DNA of 64,000 nt from an uncultured Gemmatimonadales bacterium (GCA_963840165.1 CAWIXT010000006.1:646680-710679), one strand, 5' to 3'; positions 9,659 through 18,581 are shown, numbered from the stretch's first letter. Notes: generated from the letters alone by a model not told the origin. Translations and numbers: made by a program.

Positions 9659-10490
9659 CTACGAGACCGGCTCCACGGCGCCGGGGGAGTCCACCCGATT
9701 CGGCATGAGGGCCCGCATCGCGGCGGTCGGGCTGCTGCTGGTGTTTCTGATCGGCACCGGCATCACGTTCTTCGTCAAGGGCGAGGCCGGCCTGGTCCCC
9801 ACCGATCCGGTGAGCCTCTGCCCGACCAAGCGTCCTCCTTCGGAGATCGTGGTCATCCTGCTGGACGTATCGGACCAGTTCTCCGACCCGCAGCGGCTCC
9901 AGGTGCACCACTACCTGGCCCGGATCCGCGACAGCATCCCCCGCTTCGGCCTGGTGGAGGTGTACACCGTGGACCGGCTGGGCCGCCGCGTCACCGAGCA
10001 CGTCACCCACCTCTGCAACCCTGGCGCCGGTGACGACCTGAGCCAGATCTATCAGAACCCGGAGCTGGCCCGGAAGAAATGGCAGGGGTTCGCAGACAAG
10101 CTCAGATCGGACATCGACGAGCAGATCTCTGCCCGGCGGATGGCGACGTCGCCCATCTTCGAGGCGATCCAGGCGACCGCGCTCCGGACCTTCGGGAAGC
10201 CGGAGTACGACGGCCTGCCCAAGCACCTGGTCATCGTGTCGGACCTGATGCAGCACGTGCCGGGGGGCCTCAGCATGTACCAGAGGGTCCCCGCCTTCGA
10301 GGAGTTCAAGAACAGCTCCTACTTCTCCCGCGTCCGCGCCGACCTCAACGGCGTGTCCGTCTTTCTCGGTTATCTGGTACGCTCCAACGCCCCCAAACAG
10401 ACGCCGGGCCACCTGGGGTTCTGGCGGGAGTATTTCCGTTTCCAGGGGGCGGAGATCGACTCGGTCGACCGGATATTCGGGGACAAGTGA
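9645..10490 (+). CDS. Uncharacterised single-pass membrane protein with a vWA-like alpha/beta domain (partly degenerate MIDAS)
   Basis: GTG at 9645 is preceded by AGGAGG (9631-9636) and overlaps the upstream stop by 14 nt. TM helix AAVGLLLVFLIGTGITFFV. vWA-like elements are IVVILLDVSDQFS ... SPIFEAIQATA ... KHLVIVSDLMQH. Confidence 0.65.
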   Translation: MRLRDYETGSTAPGESTRFGMRARIAAVGLLLVFLIGTGITFFVKGEAGLVPTDPVSLCPTKRPPSEIVVILLDVSDQFSDPQRLQVHHYLARIRDSIPRFGLVEVYTVDRLGRRVTEHVTHLCNPGAGDDLSQIYQNPELARKKWQGFADKLRSDIDEQISARRMATSPIFEAIQATALRTFGKPEYDGLPKHLVIVSDLMQHVPGGLSMYQRVPAFEEFKNSSYFSRVRADLNGVSVFLGYLVRSNAPKQTPGHLGFWREYFRFQGAEIDSVDRIFGDK

Positions 10491-10562
10491 GGGCGGACAG
10501 GCGGACGGGCGGACGGGCGGACCGGGCGGACGGGCGGGCGGGTGGACGGGTGGACGGGCGGA
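10491..10562. repeat. Tandem array of about 8-9 copies of the octamer GGACGGGC (degenerate)
   Basis: GGGCGGACAGGCGGACGGGCGGACGGGCGGACCGGGCGGACGGGCGGGCGGGTGGACGGGTGGACGGGCGGA follows the stop at 10490 directly. Confidence 0.8.
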
Positions 10563-10570
10563 GCGAGATT

Positions 10571-10659
10571 CCTCATCCCGAGCTAGCGAGGGATCTGCTC
10601 AGCTAGCTCCCGGTCCCCCGGATTAGATCCCTCGCTCGCACCGGCTCGCTCGGGATGAG
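10571..10659. repeat. REP-like palindromic element, same family as 6904-6992
   Basis: CCTCATCCCGAGCTAGCGAGGGATCT (10571-10596) faces AGATCCCTCGCTCGC...GCTCGGGATGAGG (10624-10659). Confidence 0.6.
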
Positions 10660-10709
10660 GTCCCGCCGACCCCACTCGGCGGTACTCGAATGCCAGTAAG
10701 TTCGAGATC

Positions 10710-12254
10710 ATGAAACTCGCCGAGGTGGTGGATACCTCCCGCCGGGTGGCGGAGGTGAGCGGCCGGCTGGAGAAGGTCGGGCTGATCGCCGGGCTGCTGG
10801 CGCGGGTTCCGCCGGACCAGATCGAGATCGCGGTCTCCTACCTCTCGGGCGCGATCCGGCAGCAGCGGACCGGGATCGGCTGGGCGGCGCTCCAGGCGGC
10901 CATGCCCGAACACGCCGCCGAGTCGCCCACCATCGAGCTGGCCGACGTGGACGCCACCTTCCAGCGGATCACAGCGGTGCCGGCCGGTAAGGGATCCACC
11001 GGCGAGCGGCACCGGCTGCTCCGGGAGCTGCTGGCACATGCGACCAACGACGAACAGGACTTCCTCTTTCGCCTGGTCACCGGCGAGCTGCGCCAGGGCG
11101 CGGTGGAAGGGCTGATGCTGGAGGCGGTCGCGAAGGCCGCCGGGGTCCCGGCCGAGGGAGTGCGGCGGGCCCGGATGATGGCGGGGAGCCTGCCGGGCGT
11201 GGCGCGGGCGGCGTTGAGCGGCAATGCCGCCGAGCTGGCGGCGATCGCGACCCAACTCTTCCGCCCAGTTCATCCGATGCTGGCCGGCTCGGCCGAGGAC
11301 GCGTCGGAGGCCATCGGCGAGCTGGGGGAGGCGGCGCTGGAGTATAAGCTGGACGGCGCCCGGATCCAGATCCACAAGAGCGGGGACCAGGTGGCGGTCT
11401 ACTCCCGCCGGCTCAACGACGTCACCGCCGCGGTGCCGGAGGTGGTGGAGCTGGTGCGCTCGCTCCCGGCGCGGGAGCTGATCCTCGACGGCGAGGTGAT
11501 CGCGTTGCGGGAGAACGGGACCCCGCATCCGTTCCAGACCACCATGAGCCGGTTCGGCCAGCGGCTCGACGTGGCCCGGGCCCGGGGTAGCATCCCGCTG
11601 ACCCCGTTCTTCTTCGATCTGCTCTACATGGATGGCGGCTCGCTGATGGACGAGCCGGCCCGGCAGCGGTTGGCGGCGCTGCACGACCTGGCTCCGGCGC
11701 CGACGGTCATTCCCCGGCTGGTGACTTCATCCACGGTCGAGGCCGACCGCTTCCTCCGGACCGCCATCGAGCGGGGCCACGAGGGGATCATGGCCAAGGC
11801 GCTGGATGCGCCCTACCAGGCGGGACACCGCGGGCGCCGCTGGCTCAAGATCAAGCCGGCGAACACGCTGGATCTGGTGGTGCTGGCGGCGGAGTGGGGC
11901 CACGGCCGGCGCCACGGCTGGCTCAGCAATCTCCACCTCGGTGCCCGTGATCCGGCCGGCGGGTTCGTGATGCTGGGCAAGACCTTCAAGGGAATGACCG
12001 ACGAGATGCTCGAGTGGCAAACGAGGCGGCTGCTGGAGCTGGAGGTGGCCCGCGATGGGATCACGGTCTACGTGCGGCCGGAGCAGGTGGTGGAGGTCGC
12101 GTTCAACGAGGTGCAGGCGAGCTCCCAGTACCCCGGCGGTGTCGCGTTACGGTTCGCCCGGGTCAAGCGCTATCGGACCGACAAGACCGCGGAGCAGGCG
12201 GATACGATTGGTGCGGTGCAGGAGATCTATCGCCGGACGAGTTTGTCAGTCTGA
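10710..12254 (+). CDS. ATP-dependent DNA ligase (three-domain Lig1-like type)
   Basis: Adenylation motif I in EYKLDGARIQIHK, then ...LDGEVIAL..., FFFDLLY, EGIMAKALDAPYQAGHRGRRWLKIKP and an OB-fold tail. Confidence 0.9.
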   Translation: MKLAEVVDTSRRVAEVSGRLEKVGLIAGLLARVPPDQIEIAVSYLSGAIRQQRTGIGWAALQAAMPEHAAESPTIELADVDATFQRITAVPAGKGSTGERHRLLRELLAHATNDEQDFLFRLVTGELRQGAVEGLMLEAVAKAAGVPAEGVRRARMMAGSLPGVARAALSGNAAELAAIATQLFRPVHPMLAGSAEDASEAIGELGEAALEYKLDGARIQIHKSGDQVAVYSRRLNDVTAAVPEVVELVRSLPARELILDGEVIALRENGTPHPFQTTMSRFGQRLDVARARGSIPLTPFFFDLLYMDGGSLMDEPARQRLAALHDLAPAPTVIPRLVTSSTVEADRFLRTAIERGHEGIMAKALDAPYQAGHRGRRWLKIKPANTLDLVVLAAEWGHGRRHGWLSNLHLGARDPAGGFVMLGKTFKGMTDEMLEWQTRRLLELEVARDGITVYVRPEQVVEVAFNEVQASSQYPGGVALRFARVKRYRTDKTAEQADTIGAVQEIYRRTSLSV

Positions 12255-12255
12255 T

Positions 12256-12284
12256 TTGACGATCAGTTTATGAAGCCCCATACT
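12256..12284 (+). promoter_or_regulatory. Sigma70-like promoter TTGACG-N17-CATACT
   Basis: -35 at 12256-12261, -10 at 12279-12284. It lies 30 nt upstream of the GTG start at 12314. Confidence 0.45.
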
Positions 12285-12313
12285 GTAAACTCCCCCTTAC
12301 TCGCGACGTCCTC

Positions 12314-15193
12314 GTGGAACCGCGACGGTACCTCCGTTGCCTGGGTCAACCCGCTCTCCTCGCCCCCACCGGCGAGCCGGTCCGATTTCGTACCAAGAAG
12401 CACCTCGCACTGCTGATCTACATCGCGGTTGACGCCAAGACGCACCAGCGTGAGCGCCTGGGCGAGCTGCTCTGGCCCCGGGTATCGAGGACCGAGGCGC
12501 GGCACTCCCTCGCGACAGCACTCACCATCCTCCGGCCTCGGGTGGGACCGGGCGGCCTCGAAACCAGCCGAGATCACGTCCGTCTCGTCCCGGAGCGGAT
12601 CGAACTGGATCTGCAGCGGCTCGAGGCGGGGGACGTGCTGGGTTCGGAGGTGACCAGTGCGCTGGAGGTGGCTGGGTTTCTCGACGGGTTCGACATTCCT
12701 GACTCCCAGGAGTTCACTCACTGGAAGGATCGGCAACAGGCCAGGTTCCTGCCCATGATCAAGGATGCGCTGGTCATCCTGATCGATCGATGCCGCCGCA
12801 CCGGAGACTCACGCCAGATCGAGCGGCTGGCGGACCGCATGCTGGCGCTGGACGATCTGAGCGAAGAGGCGATAAGGGCCAAAATGGAAGCCAGGGCGTT
12901 CGCCGGCGACCGTCTGACGGCCCTGGAGTTCTACGAGGCGTGGAGAACCAGGCTTGGGGAGGAGCTCCAGGCGGTGCCGTCCGAACTGGTCGAGGGTATG
13001 GCGGTCCGGCTGCGTCGCCGCGGCTGGGAGCGGACCACGATGACGAATATCCCCACCGTCCCTACCGACCAGTGGCGGGGGCGCCCCTTCATAGGGCGTA
13101 CCGCTGAGTATCGGGTGTTGTACGAGGCCTGGGAGGCGGTCAAGCGAGGCGAACCAGGCCATGCGTTAGTGTTGGGCGATTCGGGGGTAGGCAAGACCAC
13201 GCTGGTGCAACGGCTCACCACCGCGGCAGGGCTGGAAGGTGCGGCCATCAGCCGGGTACAGTGTTACGACCTCGAGCGGGAAATCCCCTACTCGACCGTC
13301 AGCAGCCTGATTCTGGGTTTGCTGGAGCGCCCAGGTGTCTCGGCGACCTCACCGCAGGCGCTGGCGGAACTGGCGCGCACGGTTCCGGCAGTGCGCCACC
13401 GATTTCCCACGATTCCCGTCGCCAGTGACAGCCAGGGCGAGAGCGCCCGAATTCGCCTCACAGAGGCATTCCACGAGCTACTGACCACCATCGCGGAAGA
13501 GCACCCGGTCATTCTGGTGGTGGACGACCTGCATTACGCGGACGACGTCAGCTTGGCCGTGCTGCATTTGGTAATGAGGCGGGCGCGCCAACAGTCGCTC
13601 ATGGTCATGATGCTGGCGCGGCCGGGCGAGCTCTCTCAGTCTGCCCAAGCCGCAGGCCTAAGAGGCGCAGCGGCCACGTTAGGCATGCGTGAAATCGAGG
13701 TTTCGCCCTTGGCAGATGAGGAAAGTGCTGAGCTTCTCACCTCCCTCGTTCCCACGGACGATCCTCAGCCCACAGCTACCGTGCGGCGGGCATTGCTGCG
13801 GGCCGGCGCCGGTTACCCGATGGTCATCGAACTGCTGGTACAAGACTGGCAAATCAACGGTGAACAATCATTGGCCCTATCCGTAGATGCCATGACTGAG
13901 GATTTCGGGATTGGCAAACGTCCCGACAATCCGTATCGCACAATCCTTGAACGCATAACCAAATCGCTCGACAGCACGACACACAGCGTGATGAATCTGG
14001 CCGCGATTCTGGGTCACCGCCTGAACGACTTTAGCATGTACGCTATTGTCGACCTGAGCGTAGGCCAAACCATGAGCAGCATGGCTGAGTTGGTACAGCG
14101 TCGAGTGCTCAGAGATGGAACCCATGGCCTCGAGTTCGTGAACGAGATGGTGAGAGCTGCGGCCTACTTGGGTGTACCAGCAACTCTTCGCAAGGTACTT
14201 CACGGCAAAATCGCAGATCGCTTTGTGGAAGAACATACACGAGGAGTCGACACACTGGGCCTTGAAATAGCTTGGCATTGTACACGAGCCGGACGAGCCG
14301 CAGAAGCAACTCCCTATCTCCTCCGCGGCGCTCGGGAAGCAATACGGTCAGGAGCCCCCTACGCAGCGGAGCGGGGGCTGTCGACAGCCCTTCCCAATCT
14401 TCCGGTAAGGGATAGACGTGAGGCTCTAATTCTTCTGGCGGAAGCTCTCCAGGAGCAGAGCCGTTGGCAAACATCTTTGGAGGTTCTTGACGAGTTCGAA
14501 GAGAATGACAACTCGAGCGCAGGTGACCTTGCTTTTGTCTTGAGAACCAAGGCGCGGCGCCGCTCAGGTCTTATAAACTCCTCTGAACTAGATAACCTAC
14601 CGCTGAGGCTGTTGTCGTTTGTGGAATCCACAGCGGATAGGTCGAGCAGAATACGAGCGGCGGTCGAGGCAGCTTCCATCCTGAACACCGGCTTTGCTCG
14701 CCCCACTGTGAGGGCACAACTGCTGCAAGCTCTCTCACCGATGCATGGTGAAGTTCTAAATCCGGACGACCGAGTTCATGTTCTCCTCGCCCAGGCGATG
14801 CTCCTTTATGGTGTTGGCGATCTGGCCTCTAGTCTCGACTGTATCCGTGAAGCGACAACGATCCTTCAAATCCACAAGATCGCCAACACCGATCTAGCAA
14901 TGTTTCACAGTGGTGTGGGTGCCATTTTGACCAAGCGGGGCGAGTATCACGATTCCATCGCTGCTTATCTACAGGCGCACTTAACCGCATCGCGAGTTGG
15001 GAATGACGCTCTAATCGTTCAGCTCAGCTCTGGCCTGGCGCTAAACTTTGTGAGGGTTGGTGAGTACGAAGAGGCCATAGAATGGGCAGATCGATCTCGC
15101 GCATGCCGGACAAGCCGCTTGGCACTCGAATGTTTTCTGGCAGCGGCACTTGGCTCGATTGTTGGGAACGCCATGCTCGGCAGGATACCGTGA
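12314..15193 (+). CDS. SARP/AfsR-like regulator: winged-helix DNA-binding domain, BTAD, P-loop STAND NTPase and TPR-like C-terminal sensor region
   Basis: N-terminus ...HLALLIYIAVDAKTHQRERLGELLWP..., BTAD-like EEAIRAKMEARAFAGDRLTALEFYEAWRTRLGEELQ, Walker A LVLGDSGVGKTTLV, Walker B PVILVVDDLHYADD, then about 500 aa of helical repeats. G+C drops sharply inside the gene near 13.5-13.9 kb. Confidence 0.8.
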   Translation: MEPRRYLRCLGQPALLAPTGEPVRFRTKKHLALLIYIAVDAKTHQRERLGELLWPRVSRTEARHSLATALTILRPRVGPGGLETSRDHVRLVPERIELDLQRLEAGDVLGSEVTSALEVAGFLDGFDIPDSQEFTHWKDRQQARFLPMIKDALVILIDRCRRTGDSRQIERLADRMLALDDLSEEAIRAKMEARAFAGDRLTALEFYEAWRTRLGEELQAVPSELVEGMAVRLRRRGWERTTMTNIPTVPTDQWRGRPFIGRTAEYRVLYEAWEAVKRGEPGHALVLGDSGVGKTTLVQRLTTAAGLEGAAISRVQCYDLEREIPYSTVSSLILGLLERPGVSATSPQALAELARTVPAVRHRFPTIPVASDSQGESARIRLTEAFHELLTTIAEEHPVILVVDDLHYADDVSLAVLHLVMRRARQQSLMVMMLARPGELSQSAQAAGLRGAAATLGMREIEVSPLADEESAELLTSLVPTDDPQPTATVRRALLRAGAGYPMVIELLVQDWQINGEQSLALSVDAMTEDFGIGKRPDNPYRTILERITKSLDSTTHSVMNLAAILGHRLNDFSMYAIVDLSVGQTMSSMAELVQRRVLRDGTHGLEFVNEMVRAAAYLGVPATLRKVLHGKIADRFVEEHTRGVDTLGLEIAWHCTRAGRAAEATPYLLRGAREAIRSGAPYAAERGLSTALPNLPVRDRREALILLAEALQEQSRWQTSLEVLDEFEENDNSSAGDLAFVLRTKARRRSGLINSSELDNLPLRLLSFVESTADRSSRIRAAVEAASILNTGFARPTVRAQLLQALSPMHGEVLNPDDRVHVLLAQAMLLYGVGDLASSLDCIREATTILQIHKIANTDLAMFHSGVGAILTKRGEYHDSIAAYLQAHLTASRVGNDALIVQLSSGLALNFVRVGEYEEAIEWADRSRACRTSRLALECFLAAALGSIVGNAMLGRIP

Positions 15194-15254
15194 AGCAGGA
15201 ACATCGATCCGCGAGAACAACAAAATATTCCGCAGCTACGAAGGGTCAGTCGCG

Positions 15255-15656
15255 ATGTCGCAGGCATGGGCATTGTACGCCGCAGACGGATACGCACTGC
15301 TCGGTGATTTGGCGCAAGCCCAAGAGCAGGGTCTTAATGCTACCTCGGGCGTAAACGCGAGTATCCATTATGAGCGGTACGCTGGGCCTTTCGCTCGCTG
15401 GATCGCGCGAACAAGTCTTAGTAGTGGGCAGATCCGAGATGGGCAGGATAGAATCTCTGAGATGGTAAAGAACCTAAACAGTTACGATGCCATCGACAGA
15501 GCGGACATTGTTAACGCTAAGACCTGGCTGAGCGCTAAGATTGGGAGCGTTACCTCGAAGGAGATTGACGAAAGCTTGCGGTATCTGATGCTTCTCCCGC
15601 CGGCCGTATCGGATCAGCTAAGGCGTATGGGGATGCTGGACTTCACCTGTGATTAA
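15255..15656 (+). CDS. Hypothetical protein, possibly a detached C-terminal piece of the STAND/TPR protein
   Basis: ATG at 15255 with GAAGGG upstream. It reads MSQAWALYAADGYALLGDLAQAQEQ... (TPR-like). It lies in the +1 frame relative to the 12314 gene. Its stop overlaps the stop of the convergent HD-GYP gene. Confidence 0.4.
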   Translation: MSQAWALYAADGYALLGDLAQAQEQGLNATSGVNASIHYERYAGPFARWIARTSLSSGQIRDGQDRISEMVKNLNSYDAIDRADIVNAKTWLSAKIGSVTSKEIDESLRYLMLLPPAVSDQLRRMGMLDFTCD

Positions 15657-17047
15657 GCGTTTCGCTTCCAGATCCCGCCTGTAGGCCAACTTACGCGCCT
15701 GGATCTGGAAGGGCCACTTTCTTCCGCAAGCTCCGCTGCTGCCGAAGCGCCACCAATCAAACGACGCACTGCGACTGACGCAACGACTACATCGATCAGT
15801 TGAGGATCGAACTGTGTTCCCCTGCACTTCTGCAACTCGGCAATTACCACGTCGAGAGGCAGGCGCTTCCGGTAGGGCCGATCGGTAGTCATCGCATCGA
15901 TGGTGTCCGCAATTAAGATTATACGGGCACCCAGCGGAATGGATTTCTCAGATAAACCATCGGGATAGCCCTGACCATCCCAACGCTCATGATGGTGCCG
16001 TACAGATTCATGAATAAAACCCTGAAACTTCGAAATAATCCCGACCAAGTCTGCACTTTTGGCCGAGTGAGTCTGCATCAGCGCCGTCTCTTCATCAGTT
16101 AAGCGGCCCTCTTTCCGTAAGAGGGGTGCAAACTGTTCGTGAATCTTGCCGACGTCATGAAGCAGTGCCGCGGTCTCAACCTGCTCAATCTCCCGGGCAG
16201 ATAAGCCTAACTCGACTGCGACTGCTCGTGACATCTCACTAACACGTACCGAATGTCCCGATGTGTAAGGATCACGAGCTTCGATTGCTTTCACCATCAC
16301 TTGCAGAAGCTCTTGTCCGCTATCCTCTAGCTGATGATATAGTCCATAGACGTGCCTCACTGCTATGACCGGCACAACGACGCCAAGGAGCCCAAGAGAT
16401 CCAAAGCCAATCCACTGTTCCGACCGAATGTAGAGCCAAGCCACCAACATTCCGACAAAACTGGCGATAAGATCGTATACCAGAACTCCGCGAGTGTTGA
16501 AGTTCCAGGCCTCCCTAAAGGAGCGGCCAGAGTTCAGCGCTATCGCAGCATTAACAGCCACCGCGTTAACCATGAAGTACACAACTGCGAACACGATATA
16601 CAAGCCCAAATCAAGCTGCACCGATTGTGACGCAAGGGTCTGAAAGGGCTCGAGATAGGAGGGAGGGAACCTTCCACCCAGAAGACTGTACACTATCGCG
16701 GCGAGCGAAACGGCGAGTGCTCTTTGGGCCGTATTAAAGATCAACTTTATGCCCGAGCTACCACGGGCAACTTCATCAAACAGGCTAGACCCTGCCGCGA
16801 TGAGAGTAGCCCAGAACCCCCCAAACAGAAGCGCACTTCCCATGTGGCTAATGAACGACGTCGACCCTTTACCCTCTAGCCTGAGTCGGCTTTGGAAACC
16901 TTCTAACAAGGTGGCAATGAGGAGGAACGTGGCAAACGGCCACCAACCCGGAAACGGCAGGCGAGTGGACCATAGCACCACGCCTGAGGTACAAGACGCG
17001 AGTGTAATAGCAGCTACGAACAACGTGAGTTTGTTCTGGAGTGTCAT
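15653..17047 (-). CDS. Membrane-anchored HD-GYP domain protein (putative c-di-GMP phosphodiesterase) with a multi-TM N-terminal sensor
   Basis: HDVGKI ... HHERWDGQGYPDGL ... IADTIDAMTTDRPYR, preceded by about 7 hydrophobic helices. Low G+C (a hand count at 16321-16380 gives 29/60). Confidence 0.85.
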   Translation of the reverse strand: MTLQNKLTLFVAAITLASCTSGVVLWSTRLPFPGWWPFATFLLIATLLEGFQSRLRLEGKGSTSFISHMGSALLFGGFWATLIAAGSSLFDEVARGSSGIKLIFNTAQRALAVSLAAIVYSLLGGRFPPSYLEPFQTLASQSVQLDLGLYIVFAVVYFMVNAVAVNAAIALNSGRSFREAWNFNTRGVLVYDLIASFVGMLVAWLYIRSEQWIGFGSLGLLGVVVPVIAVRHVYGLYHQLEDSGQELLQVMVKAIEARDPYTSGHSVRVSEMSRAVAVELGLSAREIEQVETAALLHDVGKIHEQFAPLLRKEGRLTDEETALMQTHSAKSADLVGIISKFQGFIHESVRHHHERWDGQGYPDGLSEKSIPLGARIILIADTIDAMTTDRPYRKRLPLDVVIAELQKCRGTQFDPQLIDVVVASVAVRRLIGGASAAAELAEESGPSRSRRVSWPTGGIWKRNA

Positions 17048-17336
17048 GACTTTGAGTTAGGTGGGGACCCCGATCGAATCATTTTATAACCAGCCTATGG
17101 TCTCGCCCCCTCCAACCAGTCGGGCGAAAAACCTCCCAACCGATGCGAGCAAACTGCCTTTCAACATGAGCGTCACCCCCCTTCGAGCCTCTCAGAATTC
17201 GGGAAGTGGCAAGCCTCGCTATGGCCCACCAGACGCTCCGCTCGACAGTTGTCCGCTTGTCTTCGCTCGTGTACGACCCAACTACGATGAAGACCGGGAT
17301 CCCCTACCTTTTTCTTCCTTTCGCGTACGGGTGATC

Positions 17337-17656
17337 GGACAGGTGGACGGGCGGACAGACAGCCGCTCCGCGCACATCCCTGCTAAGCCGATGGACAGCC
17401 GAATCGGCGGACGGTGCCCGGACGATCTGATCAGGCAATACCGCCGCCTGACCGTCCGTCCGACCGTAGTCCGACCCGCCGGTCGCTGATCTCTGTTGTG
17501 TTCCTTATTAGTATCGGACGCTAGGGGGTAGGTCCGTTGCTTCCAATATGCTACATCCTGCCTGGCAGGTCCGCTATAGGCTGAATGGGCTGTACGGTCG
17601 GGCGGTCGGACCGAGTCTGCCTGGGTCCGCTTGTCTGTCCGCCCGTCCGCCTGTCC
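17337..17656. repeat. About 320-bp MITE-like or structured element bounded by 28-bp inverted repeats of GGACRG words
   Basis: GGACAGGTGGACGGGCGGACAGACAGCC (17337-17364) matches the reverse complement of 17629-17656 at 25/28 positions. Inner inverted repeats lie at 17449-17485 and 17594-17617. The core is AT-richer and has no credible ORF. Confidence 0.5.
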
Positions 17657-17657
17657 G

Positions 17658-18401
17658 CTACCCCTGCCGCCGCATCTCGGTCCACCGGTTCGTCGCGTCC
17701 AGCACCGCGAACACAGCCGCCCGTTCCGCGCTCTCCTTGATCTCCGCCGTCCCGCTCAGCAGCAGCGTCTCCCGCCCGCCCAGCCCCTGCACCGCCACGA
17801 AGGCGAACTCCCGGTCGAACCCCTCCACGATCTTGGCGCCCTCTAGCGCCAGGGAGGAGTCCTTGAGCAGCCGGTCCAGCACCGTCACCGCCGCCTTGGC
17901 CGCCGCCTCGACCCGGTTCCGGGGCGTGTCGGAGCTCTCCTCCTCCGCCGTCTCGGTGTGTTCCCTATAGGAAAGCGTCACCGAGATCAGTATCCGGTGG
18001 GGCCGGCGGCCCGGCGCCACGGTGAGGTTCTCGAACAGCACCGCCCGCTGGAGCACCTGGTCCCGCACCGCGGCCCGCTCCAGCGCCTCGATCGGCTTGA
18101 CGTCGGCGGTCTGGGCCACGCTGATCTTGCGGTGGTCGATCTTGAGGCCCAGCTGCGCCAGCAGGGCCGACTCGATATTCCGGACCAGCTGCTTGGGCGC
18201 CAGCCCCGACTGGGCCAGGACGTGGACCTCGCTCACCTCACCCAGCGGTGTGGTCACCACCCGCGCCGAGAGGATCCCTTCCAGGCTGGTGAGCAGGTTC
18301 TCCGCCCGCCGCACTCCCCAGGGATCGGGAATGGACTCGGCGGCGCCCGGTCGGACGGGCGGCTGCGGTGCGCCTGGCTTGGGACTGTAGGGGCCGGTCA
18401 T
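17658..18401 (-). CDS. Hypothetical cytoplasmic protein
   Basis: 247-aa ORF with coding-like composition: ...LEGILSARVVTTPLGEVSEVHVLAQSGLAPKQLVRNIESALLAQLGLKIDHRKISVAQT.... I recognise no family. Confidence 0.6.
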   Translation of the reverse strand: MTGPYSPKPGAPQPPVRPGAAESIPDPWGVRRAENLLTSLEGILSARVVTTPLGEVSEVHVLAQSGLAPKQLVRNIESALLAQLGLKIDHRKISVAQTADVKPIEALERAAVRDQVLQRAVLFENLTVAPGRRPHRILISVTLSYREHTETAEEESSDTPRNRVEAAAKAAVTVLDRLLKDSSLALEGAKIVEGFDREFAFVAVQGLGGRETLLLSGTAEIKESAERAAVFAVLDATNRWTEMRRQG

Positions 18402-18434
18402 GGGTGCGGGGTAGCTGCCTTTACGTTTGAGGAT

Positions 18435-18578
18435 AGTCGCGAGTCACGAGTCGCGAGCTAGTAACCGCTCACGCCGCGAGGTATCACGATTCTCCCGTTC
18501 GCCGGAGCCGCCGGATTGCTTCGGGGGTAAACCCCTCGCAATGACTCCGTTTGACCTAAGGACTCGCGACTCGCGACT
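18435..18578. repeat. Nested hairpin: GTCGCGA-word arms enclosing a GATTGCTTCGG...CCTCGCAATGAC element
   Basis: Left arm AGTCGCGAGTCACGAGTCGCGAG (18435-18457), right arm CTCGCGACTCGCGACT (18563-18578). The inner element lies at 18514-18545 and a related copy at 8034-8065. Confidence 0.6.
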
Positions 18579-18581
18579 CTC

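Noticed and set aside
10491-10562. Possible CRISPR array, considered because of regularly spaced short repeats here and at 41858-41920.
   Set aside because: The units are 7-8 nt and directly abutting, with no unique spacers. There is no leader and no cas gene in the window. These are simple tandem repeats.
17061-17489. 142-aa ORF in the gap upstream of the HD-GYP gene.
   Set aside because: It has no start context and a Pro/Ser/Arg-rich composition. It runs through the repeat words of the MITE-like element. It is treated as non-coding.
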